Source: a bacterium (GTDB lineage: Bacteria > Omnitrophota > Gorgyraeia > Zapsychrales > Zapsychraceae). From it: a stretch of DNA of 64,000 nt. Below the pieces are notes generated by a model. The model saw nothing but the letters and a program-made list of their open reading frames with translations, was not told where the DNA came from and made no database searches. Position numbers and translations under genes: made by a program. The stretch lies in NCBI GenBank assembly GCA_030429765.1, contig JAUIER010000016.1, forward strand, positions 38,017 to 102,016. The letters are read 5' to 3'. This document shows, one piece after another, positions 58,300 through 64,000 of this stretch; the stretch's first letter is position 1, and each line of letters opens with the position of its first letter.

Positions 58300-60429
58300 A
58301 TGAAGACTAGGGTACGCAAATCACGTTACGGCGGTCCGTTCTACCGGAAAACCTGTACAGAAATCCTTACATTCACATTGGGACTATCTGTGCTGTCCAC
58401 TCCGGCGTTTGGACAGGACCGCGGGACATCGGCGGATCAGAAAGACCTGATCATCCGTAATCTCCGACGACAAATTTACGACCTTCAATCACAGCTCCCG
58501 ACGGATTCACGGATTCAGCAGTTGCGCGAGACCATTCGCAGGCTCCGCAGTCAGCTAAGTCTGCAGCGTTCCGAACTCATTGATCAGCACGCGGCCGAAA
58601 CGGCAGAGCTCACAGCCCAAATTCAGACGCTTCAATCCACGATCGAGGAGCTTGAAACCAACCGGCAGTCCGGTATTGACGATGCCACCCGGGAACTTAA
58701 GACGAAACTCAAAGAGGTTCAAGCCAAGAATACGGAATTGACGGAGAACCTGATCAAGTCCAACGAACTGGTGGCGAAGGTCGTGGCTGAACGGACAGAT
58801 GTCCAGGAAAAGTGGCAGAAGCTCGAAGAAGAGCATCGTCTGGTTCAGGATCGTTTGACGGATGTTACCGTCAAGTATGAACAACTTGAAGCGGCCCAGG
58901 TGGATAAGATGAAATCGGCCACGGAGAATCTGGAAAAAGATGTCAAGCAGCTGCAGGCGGCGCTGACTGAACTCAAGTCAAAGAATCAAACCGCCGAAGA
59001 GCAATGGCAGCAGGAACGTGACGGGTTGATCAATGCGGCCAAATCGGCCGCCGACGCTCATCAGCAGACCGTCAAGACAATCACCGACGAGCGGGACAAG
59101 TTCAAGTCGGAATTAAAAGATCAGGCCGACAAGCTTGATGTTTATAAGCGGTTGATCGATAAGCAAGATGAAGAACTGGCTGAGCTCAAGCGCAACAGAC
59201 AGGATGAGCAGGCCATCGCGGCGCGGCTTGAGTCCGAGTCGGAGCGGAAGCTCAACGAACGGCTGGCCCAGCTCGAAAGCGAATGGGCTGACAAATCGCG
59301 TCAATTTGAGGCCGAGCATCAACAAAAATTGGCAGCTCTGAAGGCGCAGCAAACGGAACAAGCCTCTGCCGTGCAGACGGTAGAATCCGAATGGCAGGCC
59401 AAGCTCGAGGAGCTCAATCGCCGGCATGCGGACGATAAAAAAGAATGGGAGCAACAGGTCGCCGCATTGAAGCAGTCGAATGATCAAAATCGTTTGGATT
59501 GGGAAAAACAGTTTGCCAAACTCACATCCGAACATCAAACCGCGCTTGGCCAATGGGAGCAAAAAGTCAAACAGCTCGAGAGCGAAAAAGCTGCCCGGTC
59601 CGATGAAACCCGGTCGCAGGCGGGTCAGCTGGCACAGATAACGGAAAAGTATGAGGAACTTCAGAGCCGGCGGGATATCCTGCTCAAGGAGAATGCGGCC
59701 CAGGAACAGAAGATTGCCGAGCTGTCGGTGCAGCTGGAGCAGGTGGGTGATGTTAAGGCCTTAAAAAAAGAGAATGCGTCCCAGAAGCAAACCATCGCCG
59801 ATCTGTCGGACCAGTTGGACCGGATCGGTGATGTGCAGGCGTTAAAAGATGAACTGAAAACCGCGAATCAGGTGATCGACCGATTTGATCTCGATGTCGC
59901 GGACAAGACTGAACGCATCGTTACGCTGACCACGGAAAACCGGGACCTTAGGGAAAAGCTCAAGGAAGTGCGGGCGCAATCCGATCGGCTCAAGTCAACG
60001 GCGGAAAAACTGGAAGCGCAGGCGTCTGAGCGGGTGGACAAGGAGCAGCTGGACGTGCTCAAAACGGCTCTGTCCAAGGCCAAGCAGGAAACCGCCCAGC
60101 GCGATGTGCGGATCAAGGAACTCGAAGAGCAGCAGACATCGCTTCAGCGTGAAGTTTCGGCCTTGAGTCAACAGCTGGATGAGAAAATCCAAAAGATTGG
60201 CGAGATGGATCTGGCGTTGCTGAATAACAACAAGGTCTACTCCGAGGAAGAATTAAGTCAGATGCGCGAGCCGCTGGTCGGCGAGATCGCGGCTTTAAAA
60301 AAACGAATTTCTGAACTCGAAATGCAGCTGCTTGAGACGTGGGACACGGCGGAGAATATGCTGATGGAATTGAAAAACCATCCGAGCATTCAGCAAAACC
60401 TGGATCCCTCGGTCAAGACGGAAAACTAA
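58300..60429 (+). CDS. Exported long coiled-coil protein with internal repeats
   Basis: Signal-like N-terminus ending AFG, ~650 aa of heptads, 18-aa Trp repeats and a 27-aa tandem repeat. Confidence 0.78.
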   Translation: MKTRVRKSRYGGPFYRKTCTEILTFTLGLSVLSTPAFGQDRGTSADQKDLIIRNLRRQIYDLQSQLPTDSRIQQLRETIRRLRSQLSLQRSELIDQHAAETAELTAQIQTLQSTIEELETNRQSGIDDATRELKTKLKEVQAKNTELTENLIKSNELVAKVVAERTDVQEKWQKLEEEHRLVQDRLTDVTVKYEQLEAAQVDKMKSATENLEKDVKQLQAALTELKSKNQTAEEQWQQERDGLINAAKSAADAHQQTVKTITDERDKFKSELKDQADKLDVYKRLIDKQDEELAELKRNRQDEQAIAARLESESERKLNERLAQLESEWADKSRQFEAEHQQKLAALKAQQTEQASAVQTVESEWQAKLEELNRRHADDKKEWEQQVAALKQSNDQNRLDWEKQFAKLTSEHQTALGQWEQKVKQLESEKAARSDETRSQAGQLAQITEKYEELQSRRDILLKENAAQEQKIAELSVQLEQVGDVKALKKENASQKQTIADLSDQLDRIGDVQALKDELKTANQVIDRFDLDVADKTERIVTLTTENRDLREKLKEVRAQSDRLKSTAEKLEAQASERVDKEQLDVLKTALSKAKQETAQRDVRIKELEEQQTSLQREVSALSQQLDEKIQKIGEMDLALLNNNKVYSEEELSQMREPLVGEIAALKKRISELEMQLLETWDTAENMLMELKNHPSIQQNLDPSVKTEN

Positions 60430-60544
60430 CAAAAAAATCGAACGCCGTTAAATTGTAAAGCTTGAAATACGGTATGTTCCATAATATAATAGCCGTTCGT
60501 TGAGAAACGAACCACCCAATGATGACCAATAGATGGAGGAATGC

Positions 60545-61834
60545 ATGGAGGAAAAGGCAAAAATTGTTCTGGACGGAAAAACGTATGAATTTCCTGTAGA
60601 GACCGGAACAGAAAACGAAAAAGCCATCGATATCTCCAAGTTCAGGGCGCAGACATCGTATGTGATGCTGGACAATGGATTTGGAAACACGGGAGCCTGC
60701 AAAAGCGCGATCACGTTTCTCGACGGGGAAAAAGGAATTTTGCGTTATCGAGGCATTCCGATCGAGCAGATCGCCGAGAAATCGACATTTGTTGAGACCG
60801 CCTACCTTTTAATCAATGGTCAGTTGCCGACGGATGCGCAGCTCGCTTCTTTTGCCTCTTCGTTTACGGAGCACGCGGCGTTGTTGCCGGATATGCTCAA
60901 TTTTTTCAAGGCCTATCCCAAAGATGGTCATCCGATGGGATTGTTGTCATCAATGGTGTGTTCGCTGTCGGGGTATCATCCCGAACTACTAAAACCGGAC
61001 TTAAGCGAAGAAGAGATTCAGTTGATGGCGGCTAAGCTGTTATCCAAAGTCCGCACCATTACCGCTTACACCTACAAAAAATCTATCGGCGAAGATTTTG
61101 TCCCGCCCCGCGATGATCTCAAATACATTTCGAATTTTCTACATATGATGTTCTCGACCAAGGACAAGGAATATGACCGTCACGACGCCGTGGTCAACGC
61201 GCTGGAGGCTTTGCTGATCCTGCATGCGGATCACGAACAGAATTGCAGTACATCGACCGTGCGCTTAATCGGTAGTTCCTGGGCGAACCTGTTCGCGTCG
61301 GTGTCCGGCGGTGTCAGTGCTTTGTGGGGGCCGCTGCATGGCGGGGCCAATCAAAAGGTCGTCGAGATGCTCGAAGAGATCCAGGCGGCCGGCGGAGATA
61401 TCCATAAATTTATCGAGAAGGCCAAAGATCCGGATGATAATTACCGCCTGATGGGATTTGGCCATCGCGTATACAAGAATTTCGACCCGCGGGCGACCAT
61501 CATCAAGAAACGTTGCCATGACCTGTTTGAAACCCTGGGCATCCAGGATCCGTTACTCGACATCGCTGTAAAGCTTGAAGCAGCGGTGCTAAAGGACGAT
61601 TATTTCAGCGAACGCAGACTCTATCCGAATGTTGACTTCTACAGCGGCCTTATCTACAAGGCGATTGGTATTCCTACAAAAATGTTTCCAGTTTTATTTG
61701 CGATCGGGCGTATGCCCGGCTGGATCGCGCACTGGAAAGAAATGAAAGCGGATCCTCGATCCAGAATCGGCCGGCCGCGGCAAATCTATGTTGGTTTAAA
61801 CGAACGCGATTACGTTCCCCGGGATCAACGATAA
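60545..61834 (+). CDS. gltA: Citrate synthase
   Basis: LRYRG, HADHEQNCST, GPLHGGAN, MGFGHRVYK, YPNVDFYSG. RBS ggagga. Confidence 0.96.
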   Translation: MEEKAKIVLDGKTYEFPVETGTENEKAIDISKFRAQTSYVMLDNGFGNTGACKSAITFLDGEKGILRYRGIPIEQIAEKSTFVETAYLLINGQLPTDAQLASFASSFTEHAALLPDMLNFFKAYPKDGHPMGLLSSMVCSLSGYHPELLKPDLSEEEIQLMAAKLLSKVRTITAYTYKKSIGEDFVPPRDDLKYISNFLHMMFSTKDKEYDRHDAVVNALEALLILHADHEQNCSTSTVRLIGSSWANLFASVSGGVSALWGPLHGGANQKVVEMLEEIQAAGGDIHKFIEKAKDPDDNYRLMGFGHRVYKNFDPRATIIKKRCHDLFETLGIQDPLLDIAVKLEAAVLKDDYFSERRLYPNVDFYSGLIYKAIGIPTKMFPVLFAIGRMPGWIAHWKEMKADPRSRIGRPRQIYVGLNERDYVPRDQR

Positions 61835-61890
61835 ATTTTTTTTCATCCAACAATTCATAAGAAGGTTCCACTTTCAGAAAGGGGTACTTT

Positions 61891-63348
61891 GTGATCAAGT
61901 TTAGCTCCAAGCCGAATTTTGACAAAGACGGTACTGTACTATTACTCGAAAAATCTCAAGTCAGTCAAAATCGTTTTCCCGGAGGTCTGCCGGATGAGGT
62001 GCGCGATGCCATCAAGCACGTCGCCGACGCAGGTCAATTTACCGGTGAGAAATGTCAGATGTTTCCGTTGCTGCATGACGGGCGTACCCTGGTCCTGTTG
62101 GGTCTTGGAGAGTTTCGGGACCTGTCGATGACGAAGCTGCGTATCTGTGTCAAAACGGTCATGCAATCCGGTTTTCTGCGGAAGATCAACGCCATCGAGG
62201 TCGTTCCCAGTCGTGACAGCGAAGAGGTGACCCGGGCCATCGTTGAAGGGATCTGCCTGGGGACATATCGTTGGGACAAGTACATCGCGAGCGCCCAATC
62301 AGAAACCAAGGCGCTCGACAAAGATATTACGATCTGCGCCAACAAACGTAAAGCCAACGATAATATCGTCAAGGTTTGCGGCGCCGTCAATTTTGCCCGC
62401 GATCTGGTCAATGAGAACGCGGATGTGACCACCTCTGACTATTTAGAGAAGGCGATCAAGAAATTGATCAAAGGCCATAAGCATGTCAGCATGCAGGTGC
62501 TCAACAAAAAAGAACTCAAGGCCAAAGGGCTGCATCTGCATTTGGCGGTCAACCAGGGAAGCCGGCGAGAACCCAAGCTGGTGATCGTGAAATACAACGG
62601 CGGATCCAAGAAGGCCAAGTATACGGCCTTGGTCGGCAAGGGATTGACGTATGACACCGGCGGTCTCAATCTCAAGCCCACGGGCCATATCGAAAGCATG
62701 AAGCTGGACATGGGCGGGGCAGCCTGTGTGATCGGGACGCTTAAAAGCGCGATCGATTTAAATCTCAAACGTAATGTCCTGTTTGTCTGTGGTATTGCCG
62801 AGAATGTTACCGGGGCGGCATCATACAAACCAGGTGAAGTGTTGAACAGTTATTCCGGAAAGACGGTTGAAGTGGCCAATACCGATGCCGAAGGCCGTTT
62901 GGTGCTGGCCGATGCCATTTCCTATGTCGTCAGGAACTATAAGCCGGGTAAGATCATCGATGTCGCGACGCTGACCGGAGCCTGCATTGTGGCCTTGGGA
63001 TTCGATTACTGCGGTCTGGTGTCGACCGATGACAGTTTGGCCGGAAAATTGATCCAATCGTCCAAGGCGACGGATGACCGTGCGTGGCGGTTGCCGATGT
63101 ATCCGGAGTTGAGCGAGTCGGTGAAGTCACAGATTGCTGATATCCGCAACCTGGGATCTCCTAAAGGGGCCGGCGGCGCAATCACGGCCGCGGAGTTTTT
63201 ACGACAGTTTACCGAAGACACCACCTGGGCGCATCTGGATATCGCCGGAACATCTTATGTGGAAAACGGTAAACGACAGTACTTCGGTCATGGCGCGACC
63301 GGGGCCGGTGTAAGGCTCTTAACGCACTATCTACAACACAATTCATAA
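61891..63348 (+). CDS. pepA: Leucyl aminopeptidase (M17)
   Basis: GKGLTYDTGG, MKLDMGG, NTDAEGRL, TLTGA, AHLDIAG. Confidence 0.95.
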   Translation: MIKFSSKPNFDKDGTVLLLEKSQVSQNRFPGGLPDEVRDAIKHVADAGQFTGEKCQMFPLLHDGRTLVLLGLGEFRDLSMTKLRICVKTVMQSGFLRKINAIEVVPSRDSEEVTRAIVEGICLGTYRWDKYIASAQSETKALDKDITICANKRKANDNIVKVCGAVNFARDLVNENADVTTSDYLEKAIKKLIKGHKHVSMQVLNKKELKAKGLHLHLAVNQGSRREPKLVIVKYNGGSKKAKYTALVGKGLTYDTGGLNLKPTGHIESMKLDMGGAACVIGTLKSAIDLNLKRNVLFVCGIAENVTGAASYKPGEVLNSYSGKTVEVANTDAEGRLVLADAISYVVRNYKPGKIIDVATLTGACIVALGFDYCGLVSTDDSLAGKLIQSSKATDDRAWRLPMYPELSESVKSQIADIRNLGSPKGAGGAITAAEFLRQFTEDTTWAHLDIAGTSYVENGKRQYFGHGATGAGVRLLTHYLQHNS

Positions 63349-64000
63349 TGAAAAAAGCAATGATAAAAAAGTGGAGACTTGTGATCAGCCTGTTGATGGT
63401 GTTGGCCGGCGGTTTGCTGCTAAACATGCCGGCTTTGGAGTCTTCCAGTTCTAATCAGGTGTACGTGATCCAGCTGGAGGATGATAGTATCAATCCGGTC
63501 ACGTCGGAATACATCACCGAAGCCATTGATCAGGCCGAAGACGCCAATGCGCGGCTGCTCGTGATTCAGCTGGATACGCCGGGAGGACTATTGAGTTCGA
63601 CCCGGAGCATCGTCAAACGAATGTTGACCTCAAGGGTACCGATTGCCGTTTACATCGCCCCGGGCGGATCTCGGGCCGGATCGGCCGGTGTCTTTATCAC
63701 CTACGCCAGCCATATCGCCGCCATGGCTCCCTCGACAAACATTGGCGCGGCGCATCCGATCAAGATCGGCGAGGGGTCCAAACCCAAACAAACCGGCGAT
63801 TGGCAAGAACTTAAAGAGCTTCTTCAGGATATCCGTGATGCACAGACTCAAGAGAAGGATGCCGTTGAGGAAAACAACGAACAGCCGTCCATCGATAATG
63901 ATTCCGCTGATAAGCCAGAGGTGACAGACGATACAGTAAATGACGAAGTCGCCGATGAAGCGGATGTGGTGCCGTCGGACGACGAATCGTCGACAACGGC
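63348..64000 (+). CDS. nfeD: NfeD family membrane-bound serine protease, 3'-partial, not in the ORF track
   Basis: Translated by hand: signal peptide, LDTPGG, AGSAG, AMAPSTNIGAAHPI. The frame runs off the window end. Confidence 0.9.
   Translation, partial: MKKAMIKKWRLVISLLMVLAGGLLLNMPALESSSSNQVYVIQLEDDSINPVTSEYITEAIDQAEDANARLLVIQLDTPGGLLSSTRSIVKRMLTSRVPIAVYIAPGGSRAGSAGVFITYASHIAAMAPSTNIGAAHPIKIGEGSKPKQTGDWQELKELLQDIRDAQTQEKDAVEENNEQPSIDNDSADKPEVTDDTVNDEVADEADVVPSDDESSTT

Noticed and set aside
1-64000. CRISPR arrays, tRNA/rRNA genes, IS elements, prophage or defence genes
   Set aside because: No spaced repeats, RNA gene signatures, transposases or integrases were seen by eye. The Sir2 protein has standard CobB deacylase motifs rather than a defence-type architecture.

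Overview
This is a bacterial chromosomal segment with almost every gene on the + strand. Several features point to a diderm PVC-type organism, most plausibly Candidatus Omnitrophota (inference, not proven): large signal-peptide proteins with a shared C-terminal GGIDLNP tail, a PEP-CTERM protein, TonB systems, a SET protein and a PilT variant. No CRISPR array, rRNA, tRNA or mobile element was recognised. The most striking region is the first ~13 kb. Two adjacent large genes carry normally cytoplasmic glycogen enzymes and end in the same GGIDLNP...PVI tail. The first is 5'-truncated and contains two tandem [CBM-like + glycogen synthase] modules, a P-loop domain and a GH77 amylomaltase. The second has a signal peptide, a ~320-aa unassigned domain and an alpha-glucan phosphorylase-like domain lacking the PLP lysine. 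Next comes a c-di-GMP-I riboswitch in front of a small secreted amyloid-like protein, a TonB-C lipoprotein and a GH2-like lipoprotein. The rest is mostly housekeeping: amtB-glnK, crcB-arsC, an Rrf2-led sulfate assimilation operon, a TonB/Fe3+ uptake operon led by an unannotated Com-type zinc-ribbon ORF, surE, gltA, pepA and nfeD.
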